IMG/VR virus record: IMGVR_UViG_3300031251_000001
Span: 124,001 to 188,000 of that record
Length of the DNA: 64,000 bases
Strand: one strand, 5' to 3'
In this document: in pieces, positions 49,139 through 59,103 of the stretch
Position numbering within the stretch: position 1 is the stretch's first letter
Layout: each line of letters starts with the position of its first letter
Notes under the pieces: generated by a model
Told to the model about the DNA's origin: nothing
Database searches by the model: none
What the model saw: the letters and a program-made list of their open reading frames with translations, nothing else
Translations under genes and position numbers: made by a program

Positions 49139-50643
49139 TCACTCTCCAGCGTAGTGGCTATCGTTGCGTTTCACGACTTCCTGGGCCGCATCGAACAACT
49201 TGCCCTTGATGGACTCGAAGTAGCGACAGGCTGCCATGACCAAGTCGATGTTGTCGGCGGAGAAGTCAGTCATCTTGTCGTGGGCCTGCAGCGGTCCCCA
49301 GGTCAGGTTCTTCTCGTAGAGCGACATCGACCAACCCTTGTTGGTGTAGTCATAGCGGGCGGTGATACTGCGCTTGCATGCCCCGGTGCCATCACGGTCG
49401 ATGAAGCGGACGATGCGTGATTGCACCGTCTCTTCAAAGACCATTTCCGGCCCAGGTTCGACAATTGCAGCAGGTGCGTGACCACACCTGCCACAGGTGG
49501 TGCGCTTGGTGTTGGGTGAGCCGCACGACGGGCACTTCCACTTGTAGGCTGCTGTCACAGGGTCTCCTTGTTAAGCTCAGTCACCAGCAACTGGACGAGA
49601 TCGTTACGATCGGTGACTGCTTTGTAGGCCTCGTCAAGGCGTGCGTTAGCGGTGGCCAGCTCCTGGCCGGCGTCAGCGAGCTCCTGGTTCCAGAACTCCT
49701 CAGCGGTCACGGGCTGCCAATCGTTGGGATCGGTCTTCAGGGCTTGATCGATACCCTGGCAATCCCAGGCGATAGCCACGTTGATCTCGTTGAGCAGGCG
49801 ACCACGGAAGTTCCGGAACGCCTCGCTGTCGATTGCGGGCTTCCAGTTGTTAATCTTGTCGATCATGCCGTCGTAGCGGGCTCGCAGCTCCTTCTTGTAT
49901 TGAAGCCGCTTCTCTGGTTCTTTCCGCCACTCCAAGAGCTTCTTATTGTGGGCCTCCGCTGCCGCTTCCTTGTCAGCCTGGGTCATGGTCGAGATCTTCG
50001 TGAACTTGGCCTTAGCCAACTCCACGTTGACCCCGTAGTGCCCCGGCTCCCAACCGGTGAACTCGCCGGCGATCACACCGCGAGGGACAGCCAGGTCGGT
50101 GCGAAGCATGTTCTCGCTCTTAGCGACCCTGACCGCGAACTCCTTGAGGGTGAGTTCTCGACCTGCCATAAGTTCATTAGTGAGACCGTTAGCCATGTGA
50201 GTCTTTCGTTAATTGCCAGTCTGCGATCAGCAGCCAGGCGGGCCAGATGAGCAAGATAAGCAACGGGAGGATGGTGAACACCATCCACCAGGGGTAACAC
50301 ATGTGGTGACGACTGAGCTTGTGTCGTTTCTCCATCGTCATGATGGCGACGGAATAGACGACAACGTAAGAACCGAGGTGCAAGTACCACCACCAAAAGT
50401 CATGATCGCTCATGCTTGATTTCCTCTCAGAAACGCCTGGGCGATCTGCACGGCCGCTTGGTGCGTATAGCCATCCGGGTTGTCGTCAGGCTGAGGCTGC
50501 AGTTCTTTGTTGACATAACAGAACACCTGCCACTGAGCGTGACAGGTATCATAGCGGAGGATCTCCACCTTCTTGTCGCCCAGCTTGGCAACCGTCCCGT
50601 GCATGTAGCCACGGGACGTCGGTTTGAACTCGGCCGCGATCAT
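49139..50643 (-). other. hypothetical genes 49139..49558, 49555..50196, 50189..50413 (membrane), 50410..50643
   Basis: consecutive overlapping minus-strand ORFs. Confidence 0.65.
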
Positions 50644-50645
50644 GG

Positions 50646-51836
50646 TTACTTCCCTTTGTTGAGGATGACCATCACCGTCTTAATCGTCGTCCCCGACTCT
50701 TTGAACGCCGCGACAGGGAGTTCCTTAATCTTGCCGTTCTTCTTGATCAGTTCGACCAGCTCGTTGTGCAGCGCTGTGCCACGGAACTGAACAGAGCCAG
50801 AGGCGATCGACACCAGCCTGCCGCCCGGTTTAAGCATCTTCCAGGCGTGCAGGATGTGCTTGATGTCCTGCATCTTAGTGAACGGCGGATTCATGACGAT
50901 ACGGTCGTACTGGGTGACCAGCGAGGGACTGTTGAAGGTGAGGAAGTCTTGCTGCCAGACCGCGTAACTCTTCTCCACCAGGGCGTCGGCATCGTGCTTA
51001 TCCAGCTCCACACAATGCACATCGCAACCCAGGTCTTTCAGCCTCTTGGCGATGCGACCATCGCCGGCTGACGGTTCCAGGCACAAGTGATACTTGCGTA
51101 CCTGGGCCTCCTTCATCATCAAGTCGACGATCTCGGGCGGTGTGTAGAACGATTGCTTGGTCTGCTGGATATTGATCGCCTTGCCGGTCTTAATCCCTTC
51201 CCGGAGCAAGTCGATGGCTTGGCGGTTGGGGAAGACGTGGGTGCCGAGGTTGGACTTCCATTTACCGTCATAACCCAGCAGGACCTTCTTGAAAGCAGCG
51301 TAGACCTTGGGGGCGAGTTGACCTTCCGGAAGCGTGACGGTCAGAGCGTCATCGTCGATAGTGCAATTGTTCAAGATCTCTTTGATCTCGTCGGGAATCG
51401 TGCCGCGTGCTGCTATGGCCATTGCTTCCTTTCTCTTTTGTTCTTTGACCTTGTCTATTGCTTCTGGAAGATACTCCTCCAACCGACAGCCCTCGTTGTG
51501 CTTGGTGCGGTAGTGCCGAAGGATGTCTATCCAGTAGAGGTAAGACTTGTAATAACGAGTCTTGGTGTCGAGCAGTTTCTGCAACCTCGACTTCATGTAC
51601 ATCTCGGTGTTGTCGTCACCATATCGCTTGGCGGCAAACGTCGGACCCCGGTAGTCGCTGTAGATGTGTGAACGCAGCCTGACTGCGGCTTCCTTCTCGA
51701 ACAGCTCCAACGTCCCGCGTACGTGCTGCAGGACGTTAGCCAGGCTGTGTGGGTTGTTGTCGATATAAAGCAACAACATATCAGTGTCGTGGCTCGGTCG
51801 CCACTCAGTGTTAATATCCAGTAGCTCAGGAAGCAT
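50646..51836 (-). CDS. N6-adenine (amino) DNA methyltransferase-like protein, gamma-type motif order
   Basis: QSFYTPPEIV, CLEPSAGDGRIA (motif I), DFL, IVMNPPF (motif IV), AWKMLKPGGRLVSI, FKESGT. Confidence 0.85.
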   Translation of the reverse strand: MLPELLDINTEWRPSHDTDMLLLYIDNNPHSLANVLQHVRGTLELFEKEAAVRLRSHIYSDYRGPTFAAKRYGDDNTEMYMKSRLQKLLDTKTRYYKSYLYWIDILRHYRTKHNEGCRLEEYLPEAIDKVKEQKRKEAMAIAARGTIPDEIKEILNNCTIDDDALTVTLPEGQLAPKVYAAFKKVLLGYDGKWKSNLGTHVFPNRQAIDLLREGIKTGKAINIQQTKQSFYTPPEIVDLMMKEAQVRKYHLCLEPSAGDGRIAKRLKDLGCDVHCVELDKHDADALVEKSYAVWQQDFLTFNSPSLVTQYDRIVMNPPFTKMQDIKHILHAWKMLKPGGRLVSIASGSVQFRGTALHNELVELIKKNGKIKELPVAAFKESGTTIKTVMVILNKGK

Positions 51837-51843
51837 GTGTCTC

Positions 51844-53705
51844 CTATCGGCGGTTGCTGTTGCGGCCGCTATAGCCGTTGGTTGGTACGGGGTGACCCTC
51901 CAGTGCACGAATCCTCGCTCTGCAATGAGTGATACTCCACATGAACTTATCCATGCGACGGCGGGCGCTGGCGGTGTAAATCTGAAACGTGCCGGGAGGG
52001 TTACGGTTCTTGGGGTCGTCCTCAATCTTCTTGACCTTGATCAGCAGCTGTCGCATCTCCTCACGCAACTGCGGTATGGTCTCTTCCGTGTCGGCGCTCA
52101 TAGCTCGTCCTCGGTTAACACACCCTGGAACATGAAGTAGATAACGCCCTTGCAGGTAGTCGAAGCAATGAACGTGGCGTCGGCTGGCAGGCAATCTGTC
52201 TCACCCGCCACGATGATGATCTTGAATCGCTTCTCGTTCAGGGCTTCCTTGGTGGGTTGAGCGTAGCGCCAGAAGAGAGTAGGGACATAACGATAGTGCT
52301 TGGTGCCACTGTCGTAGTATTTCTCCTTTCGCATCGTGAACCCCAGCAGCTGAGAGTCAGGAGGAATGCGAATGAAGCTCGTAGTGACCCATTGCCGTTC
52401 GATGGAGTGCAGCTCCGCAGAGCCGATTCGATGCGTGTCCATGGTCACTTGCCTTTCCGTTTCTTTTTGTTCTCGCTGAGGATGTCGTTCAACATGCACA
52501 CCAGATCCATGTTGTCGGGGAATCGCTGAGTCATCTTGGTGTACTCGACGATTCGCCCACCCATCGTCGTCTCGATGAAGTCGTAATAGTAGGCCCCGTC
52601 CGTGACGTCAGGCTCCACGAACTTGTTGGTACGCATCCAGTTGTCGATCACCAGGGCCATGTCATGGATTTTCTCCACGATGTCGGCGTGCGACTGATTC
52701 CGGTAGACCTCGTTCCATACCTTCAATCGAGACAGAGGGTGAATAACACCCTCGGTCAGATAGTAGGTAGTGAGAGCGACGTCGCGCAGCTTGTTGGCGT
52801 CGTACAGCCGAGGTATGCCGTTTGGGTGCGTAGGTGGGCGGGAGGGGACGTTTGAGTTTGCGGACATATTTGGGCTTCTCTCGGTTACAGAGGATGGAAA
52901 TGGCGAGCTTGAGAGTATGGTACTCCTCACGATCAATGTAGAGCGTGAGCAGGTGTTGATTGCCGAAACCGATGTCATGCGTGCGTTCGTGCTTGATGAC
53001 TCGCACCAGCTTGAGACCGGGTTCCTTGTTAAGCACATCCATCGTGTCGTCCAGGAACTTGTCGGGTACGGTGAGTCTCACCTCGACCAGGCCCTCACGC
53101 TGCAGGCCTATCAGGATGTTTGGTTGGCGTGCCTTGATCAGGCCGAGACGAAACTTGAACTGCTGAAAGGCAGCGCCGGCTGTATTGGCCTGATGGGCGG
53201 CCTCCATGTGCATGTTCCACTTGCCGCTGTGCGGATTGACGTCTGGAAGTTGAGCAGTGACAGCCCGCTCGGGTTCCTCGAACTTGAAGAACACTGTGTA
53301 GATAGTGTCTTCGGAGAACCACAAGCCACCTGAGACATTGACCAGGCCGCAGTCGGAATACAGGGTGACCTGGAACCGATCGAGCCAGGGTTCCTTCGTG
53401 TTGTTGCCGTCCAACGCCACCATGCCCAGCGTGAGCAGGTGCTCGTAGACCAGCTTGTCGAAGCGTTTGATGCGTTCTTGAATCTCTTTGGGGACGCGAC
53501 GTGCCATGAGTTATCCAATCTGAAGTTGACCACGCTTGTTGGTGGTGATGCCTTTGGAGCAAGGGAAAGAGCGACGACCATCTGGCCATGTCACAGATAC
53601 ACGTACTCCGTTACAACCCTCCAGGCTGCAAGGACGTATATTTCCAGAACACACGCCCTTCTGCTTGCCGTCGCGATCCAAGATGATGGTGCCTTTCTTG
53701 AACAT
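51844..53705 (-). other. hypothetical genes ~51844..52101, 52098..52442, 52445..52866, 52662..53507, 53511..53705
   Basis: consecutive minus-strand ORFs. Confidence 0.6.
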
Positions 53706-53719
53706 AGTGTCTCCTGATT

Positions 53720-53752
53720 AAACGAAAACACCCAGGCGGGATGCCTGGGTGT
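53720..53752 (-). terminator. Rho-independent terminator
   Basis: ACACCCAGGC-atccc-GCCTGGGTGT followed by TTTCGTTT. Confidence 0.8.
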
Positions 53753-53778
53753 CGTGGTATTTCTCAGCTGTCTGTCCG

Positions 53779-54015
53779 TTATGGGAAAATCGGGCTGGTC
53801 AAGACGATCCAAAGCCGCAGTAATACATCCCAAGCTACGGTTCCTCCGCCTGGTGGCATGGTAGGAGGAGGTGTGGGATCGCCCGGAAAGGCAGGATCCC
53901 AGACCATCACCACATAACCATCGCTGTTGACATAATATACCCAGTCGGCTTTGACTGTCTGCGTTGTGCAGAGCAGCACCAAGCAGGCCACCAGGGCCAA
54001 AACAGATCGCTTCAT
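53779..54015 (-). CDS. small secreted protein
   Basis: signal peptide ending in VKA; Pro-rich segment; hydrophobic C-terminus; AGGAG RBS. Confidence 0.7.
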   Translation of the reverse strand: MKRSVLALVACLVLLCTTQTVKADWVYYVNSDGYVVMVWDPAFPGDPTPPPTMPPGGGTVAWDVLLRLWIVLTSPIFP

Positions 54016-54079
54016 TGCGGACTCCTAACGCACGTCCATCGTAGGCGTCATGCCGGTGACTGGCGTGCGATATAGTCCA

Positions 54080-54088
54080 ATTATAACA
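54080..54088 (-). promoter_or_regulatory. extended -10 promoter element TGtTATAAT
   Basis: perfect extended -10 in the intergenic gap upstream of 54015. Confidence 0.55.
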
Positions 54089-54160
54089 CGACTGGAAGGA
54101 GGCCCGACGTGGTAGAGGCTTGGCTAGTACTCCTCGACTCACCCACGTCAGGCCATGGAT

Positions 54161-54639
54161 CTATTTAGCGGTGGCATCCGCCAGGGCTTGGAGGACTTGA
54201 TTGACGAAGTCAGGGGAGCTGGTATTGAAGTCGAGAGCCAAGAGCTGACAGCGTGGATCACGCAGCAGCGAGGCCAGGGCAACGAGGTCAGACAGGTCTA
54301 TAGTGACGTTGGCTTTCATGGGATAACAACGTCCTCGGGGCAACTGCCGGCACCGCAGCTATCCTCACCACTTGCCGGGTTGGGAACCACGGCGGCGTGA
54401 ACGTAAGGCTCGGAGAACGACTGCGTCTCCAGAGCCTTGGTGAGCATGTCACGAATGGCTACAAGACCCTCACGGGTGGTAGCCAAGCGGAACCTGTGCT
54501 GAAGGTTGCCGAAAGAGCTGGTCTCGATCTCTAGCGTTGGGCCGTAGGCATCGAAGACGCGAATGGTGGCACCACTATTACCCACGTGCAGGTAGATCTC
54601 GGTGGCGGGCGTTTCGACTTTTTTACTGTCTTGGGACAT
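54161..54639 (-). other. hypothetical genes 54161..54319 and 54316..54639
   Basis: ORFs downstream of the tRNA. Confidence 0.6.
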
Positions 54640-54652
54640 GGTGACCTCTAAG

Positions 54653-54724
54653 AGCCGGGGGCAAGATTTGAACTTACGACCTCGTGGTTATGAGCCACGC
54701 GAGCTACCACTGCTCCACCCCGGT
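54653..54724 (-). tRNA. tRNA-Met(CAT), initiator-like; CCA not encoded
   Basis: ACCGGGG TG GAGC AGTGGTA GCTC G CGTGG CTCATAA CCACG AGGTC GTAAG TTCAAAT CTTGC CCCCGGC T; full cloverleaf. Confidence 0.95.
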
Positions 54725-54816
54725 ATGGCGGGAAGACGCCAGACAGACGGGTACCAGACCGACCTGCCTAACGCCCTCCCATGTCTGCATGTTGTACATG
54801 ACCCACCGTGCCGTGT

Positions 54817-55347
54817 CTAGTTCACCTTGGCCCTCGTTCCAAATAGCCAGTCACACCCCAGGAAGATGATGTTGTAGTTGGTGCCCGGCTGCACGTGATG
54901 CAGCTCATGGTGATCGTGCAGGGCCTTCCAGAATGGCAGGTAGGGTACCCACCAGTGGGAACCGGGGATGTGCATCTCACTGTGGATGTAACCCCAGAGG
55001 GCGTGGTGGACGTACACCAACACGAAGAAGGCGATGGATCCGGCAGGGCTCACTAACCACATCAACCCGCAGACGAGGATCATGGGGATCCACTGCAAGT
55101 CGAGGGTCAGGTTGAAGAGGTTGCACGGGAGCTTGTCATCGTGATGGAAGTCCTCACGGAAGCACTGACCGTGGTGGAAGTGCCGGTGGGCTTCCAGGGT
55201 GTAGTTGAGCGTGGGGAACCAGCGATACATGAACGCTGGAAAGGATTTGCGGTGCATGAGGTAGCGGTGAATCGTCCACTCGAACACGCTCATGAACGGG
55301 TAGAACAGAGCCAGGACGGCGATCAAGACTGCGATGTTGGTCGTCAT
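54817..55347 (-). CDS. fatty-acid hydroxylase / sterol desaturase family membrane enzyme
   Basis: four His boxes (EWTIHRYLMH, HRHFHH, YIHSEMH, HDHHELHH), TM helices, C-terminal NYNIIFLGCDWLFGT. Confidence 0.88.
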   Translation of the reverse strand: MTTNIAVLIAVLALFYPFMSVFEWTIHRYLMHRKSFPAFMYRWFPTLNYTLEAHRHFHHGQCFREDFHHDDKLPCNLFNLTLDLQWIPMILVCGLMWLVSPAGSIAFFVLVYVHHALWGYIHSEMHIPGSHWWVPYLPFWKALHDHHELHHVQPGTNYNIIFLGCDWLFGTRAKVN

Positions 55348-55353
55348 GTCCTG

Positions 55354-55362
55354 ATTGTAACA
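55354..55362 (-). promoter_or_regulatory. extended -10 TGtTACAAT, 6 nt before the ATG (possible leaderless promoter)
   Basis: minus strand reads catgttacaatcaggacATG. Confidence 0.5.
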
Positions 55363-55364
55363 TG

Positions 55365-55703
55365 CTAGGGTGTGCGACCGATAATCACGACGTAGAGGCG
55401 ACCAGGCGAGTTCTCGTGGACCACCTGGACCTTATCCCCGACGTGCAGGTTGGTGTAGAACTCATCACCGACGCCGACAGCCAGCCAGACATAGCCCAGA
55501 TCGTCTTCGACCTCCAGGTTGTACTCAGTTGGGCCACTGGGATCCTCGCTATCACCTGTGGTGCGGATGAGGGGTTGCTGACTGATGCTCAGCACGGTGC
55601 AGGGGTAACCAGGCATCGGCTGGGGCTGAGGCTGGTTTTCGTTGATGGCGATGATGGCGGCACAGAGGACCAGGAGTACAGAGTAGAACGAGAGACGACG
55701 CAT
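55365..55703 (-). CDS. membrane-anchored hypothetical protein
   Basis: N-terminal TM helix; OB-like C-terminus; GAGG RBS. Confidence 0.65.
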   Translation of the reverse strand: MRRLSFYSVLLVLCAAIIAINENQPQPQPMPGYPCTVLSISQQPLIRTTGDSEDPSGPTEYNLEVEDDLGYVWLAVGVGDEFYTNLHVGDKVQVVHENSPGRLYVVIIGRTP

Positions 55704-55717
55704 GGTGTACCTCAAGT

Positions 55718-55743
55718 GAAAAACCCAGGCGGTAGGCCTGGGT
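55718..55743 (-). terminator. Rho-independent terminator
   Basis: ACCCAGGC-ctacc-GCCTGGGT followed by TTTT; same stem as the 53720 terminator. Confidence 0.75.
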
Positions 55744-55749
55744 ATTGGT

Positions 55750-57365
55750 TTAGAGATCGTCCTGCTGAGGGTCAGCATCGTTGACGTGGCGGATGAAGCC
55801 ACGATGCAGCCAACCGTGAAAGCCGGGACGAGACGGAGCAATGAAGATAGAGGGTTTGACGGTAACTCGTGGCACGGTGCCCTTGCGTGACCAGGCCGGG
55901 TTGCTGCCTGAGCTGATCGATGGCCCGTCGATAAACCAGTCTGAAATGTCGGGGCCTTCGCCACTGGGGTCAGACGGGCAGCGAACATAGAGACAGATGC
56001 CATCAGCACCCGTGAACTTATCCTTCTTACCGTCCGAGCCGCGCCACCAGGAAGCATCCCACATGGCTCCTGCTGGTGCTCTGACCGGCCCACCAGGCAG
56101 CTCGCTCAGGTGCAAGTGATACTCACCGCCCTTATCGTCCTGGTAGATCACCTCCCAGAACAGCTCACGATCCTTCTTCTCGAACGCCAAACCACAGCTG
56201 CACTGAGCCGGCCAGCGTGTGTCTTCGGCAAAGGGCGTCATGTCGCCATGCCCGCCCAGGATGCCGCGTGCCTTATCCTCGGCACTGATGACACCATCCT
56301 CGACTCGATTCAAAGCAGAGTGATAACTGTAGTCACCGCCCATCGAAGGACACGGCCCGCTACGGCTGCACCGCAGCCACTGATAGCTGCGGTCACTCGG
56401 TTTGATGAAGAAGCAAAGGATAGGTTTCATCATGGGTGATTCACCTTCAGGTTGTTGAACCAGGTCACGATGAGGACGAGCAGCCCCCACACGCCGATGA
56501 CAAACAAGGTGATCCAGAGTGGACTCATGACCCAGAGCCAAGACCAGTCGATGGCCTTGAACAGCTTGAGAGCGATGAACACCAGCTGTACGATGCCGAT
56601 GATGATGGCAATGACCATGATCACGAGCGATTCAAAGATTGCTTCACCGAAGGAGTTGAAGTCCATTCCATCCTCCAAAATACGTATTTTGAAACCTACT
56701 TGGCCATCACCAGCAGCATGAACGGCCAGGAGACCATCCACAGAGTGAACCAGTAGGGCAACGTGAACCCAGGAGCACCTTTAGCGACCAGGATGATCAA
56801 GGCCAGGACGAATCCGATAGTCAGATAGCCCAGCACGATGCCGGCCAGCAACCTGCCGGCGCCTTTACAGATCTTCCAAAGTGTTCGCATGCGGTACTCC
56901 GGAGTTCCTTACTCCAGTGTACCCTGTCGGCGTCTCCGCACACTGCGGAGCGAACCCCGTGGCGGGAAGTACCCGATGTCCTTGACTTGACCGTTATGGA
57001 ACACCACGCGGATGTTCTCAGGGCTGATGTGAGTGATGATCCCTTCGCGGCCGAGGAGTGACTTACCGCCGGCCAGGGTCTCACCAGTGACTTTAACTTT
57101 GGTTTGAGGTCGCATCGTGCTCTCGCTGTTTGTCCAATACTGTTGAGATATCGAGCAGGTACAGGCCGAACCAGATGGGCAGGCACACCGCCACTGCTAT
57201 CGACAGGACAACAATAACACCTGCGAGAACGGACATCAACCATTTACCGGCTGCTGACCAGGCAACGAGCCCAGCAGGGCTGCACAGCCAGAAGATCAAG
57301 ATGGCGACCGGGGCGATGATGAAGCCGTAAGCGGTTGCCCGCGTAAGGTGAACGAGGAAGCGCAT
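55750..57365 (-). other. hypothetical genes 55750..56433 (Cys/His-rich), 56430..56666 (membrane, IDWSWLWVMSPLW), 56696..56890 (membrane), 56909..57115, 57093..57365 (membrane)
   Basis: consecutive minus-strand ORFs with RBSs. Confidence 0.65.
56676..56691. promoter_or_regulatory. dispersed 16-bp palindrome, copy 7
   Basis: exact match; 4 nt after the TAG at 56696; its last G overlaps the GGAGG RBS of the next gene. Confidence 0.9.
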
Positions 57366-57568
57366 CACGAGGCCATCCTTTCCCGGAGAGCAGCCTCCTT
57401 GGAGCGAGGCCGCGGCCAACCATGACGGTAGAAATAATTGCAACACTTCCGGCAGTAGTAGCCCTGATGCTTACCTTTGTCATTGACGACAACCAGGACC
57501 CTGCTGTAGGGAGTCTCGCAGTCCTTATTTTGACACTTTTGCTTTGGTACTCGGCGGTGACGAGGCAT
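57365..57568 (-). CDS. small zinc-finger protein (GATA-like)
   Basis: CQNKDC-x21-CRKCCNYFYRHGWPRP; GGAG RBS. Confidence 0.6.
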   Translation of the reverse strand: MPRHRRVPKQKCQNKDCETPYSRVLVVVNDKGKHQGYYCRKCCNYFYRHGWPRPRSKEAALRERMAS

Positions 57569-58232
57569 TGACATCTCCAATGACGAGCCAGTTGATGGAC
57601 AGGGCGGAGCAGAAGAAGCCCAGGAGCCAACCACCGATGCAGTCGGTCGGGTAGTGGACGCCGAGCATGACGCGACTGGTGCAGACCAAGGCGATACCAA
57701 AGAAGGTAAGGCTGACGATGGTCCTGAACACGGCGTAGTTGATGTCGTACTCACTCCGACCTCGGGCCTTGAGCACCCTGTCGGCACGGATGTAGGCGAC
57801 ACGCAGAACGGTCCACCAGAAGGCAACAGCAGCGGAAGCATGGCTACTGGGGAAGGAGTAACCGCCCTCCTCGGTCAGGTGTGAGACGATGCTAGGTCGA
57901 TCGCGTTGAACGATGAGCTTCCAGGCCAAGTCGAAGATGAACGCCAGTGCGACAGCGATGAAGGCAGGTCTGGGGTCAGGCCGATCGTTGCTATTGGTGG
58001 GATCGACTGCGCAATAGAGCATGTAGATCAGCATGGCAAAACAGACCGTGGCGGCCGAGGCCCAGGAGGTGATATCCCGAGCCACGCTGGCCAGCGTGCT
58101 GTTGGTAATAGGGTGCAGCCAGGTGAGGATGGCGTCATCGAATCCCTGCGTCCAGCCACTCTTGACAGCGATGGCCAAGAAACCGAAGAGGAAGGCAAGT
58201 ACCCAGAGCTGCGTCGTGTGTTTGTTGTTCAT
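57525..58232 (-). CDS. PAP2-family membrane phosphatase
   Basis: KLIVQRDRP (C1), YSFPSSHA (C2), SRVMLGVHYPTDCIGG (C3); several TM helices. Confidence 0.92.
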   Translation of the reverse strand: MNNKHTTQLWVLAFLFGFLAIAVKSGWTQGFDDAILTWLHPITNSTLASVARDITSWASAATVCFAMLIYMLYCAVDPTNSNDRPDPRPAFIAVALAFIFDLAWKLIVQRDRPSIVSHLTEEGGYSFPSSHASAAVAFWWTVLRVAYIRADRVLKARGRSEYDINYAVFRTIVSLTFFGIALVCTSRVMLGVHYPTDCIGGWLLGFFCSALSINWLVIGDVNASSPPSTKAKVSK

Positions 58233-58313
58233 GTTTGTCCTTGGGATGATCCCGTTTGACTTGGCCAGGAGTAACCCCGGCCGTCGACCACATACCAGTA
58301 CCCGGTCGTGGTG

Positions 58314-58376
58314 CGTTGTGCCGCCGAGTACCCACCAGGAGCACCCTAAGCAGCGGTAGGCCTACCGGTGGCCCCG
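58314..58376 (-). ncRNA. candidate novel structured RNA element, copy 2 of 4
   Basis: CGG GGCC ACCGGUA GGCC UAC C GCUGCU UA GGGUGCUC CUGGU GGGUACUC GGCGGC ACAACG. Confidence 0.75.
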
Positions 58377-58384
58377 TGAACTGA

Positions 58385-59103
58385 CTACTTGCTCTGGATG
58401 TTACAGCGGGCATCCCAGAACAGCAAGATGACGATGGTGACGACCAGGCCAATGATGCCGGCCGTGCCCCAGTAATAGTCGAAGCTGGAGTCAAACCAGA
58501 TCGCTGTCATGCAGAGCATGCAGGCTAGCATGGAGAGCGTGAACGCTGCGTATTTGGCTGGTGGATCTGAAGGAATTGGCTTGTTAAAAGCATCGCCCAG
58601 CAACCTGCGTAGCTGGGCGTCCTTGTCGAAGTGAGGCATCGATAGCTCCGTCATGCGGTATTATTTTCGGGTGCGAGCCCCAGCGGAACGAAAGAGTGAT
58701 CGTCAGGCGGCGGTGCAGCAACAGGGGCTGGTGCCGGCGGCTTGACGGGGGCTGCGGGTTGATTACTGAGTTTGAGTGGTGGGGTAGTCGATTGGCCTGA
58801 TCGTCGGCTACCCAGGATGCCGATGCCGACAGCTCCACCCATCGCTGCGGCCGGGCCAAAGAGCTTGAGCCCCCGCGAGAGAAGACCAGCCGTCTTGCCC
58901 AGTCCCATGCCGGTGTTGAGCAAGGCCCTGCGAAGCTGCCAGCCGGTGTAGAGTTGCTCCACGACGTCGGTGGCTTCCTTCTTCTCTTCGCCTACCTTGT
59001 CGGGCAGGGTGATGTCCTTGGGTGTGTGTTCCTGCCATCGCTTAGCCATCTCGGGCTTCTGAGAATACATCCATCTGCGCTGGGCCTTCGACTTAAACGG
59101 CAT
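58385..59103 (-). other. hypothetical genes 58385..~58621 (membrane) and 58651..59103 (MPFKSKAQRRWMY N-terminus)
   Basis: ORFs with RBSs lying between RNA element copies 2 and 3. Confidence 0.65.

Noticed and set aside
54640-54816. tRNA-associated (theta/HDV-like) ribozyme flanking the tRNA
   Set aside because: The 3' trailer is only about 13 nt before the next ATG, and the 5' leader shows just a small hairpin with no HDV-like fold
58314-58376. 63-nt element as a known riboswitch or ribozyme (SAH, SAM-SAH, guanidine-I/ykkC, purine, pistol, twister, hammerhead, HDV-like)
   Set aside because: It shares short tokens (CUCGG/ACAACG, UAGGG..CUGGU, GG-ACAAC), but the required companion motifs and pairing order are missing (GAGGAGCG, GUCCGAG, CUGAUGA/GAAA, nested HDV pseudoknot). 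An Rfam search is still needed to be sure.
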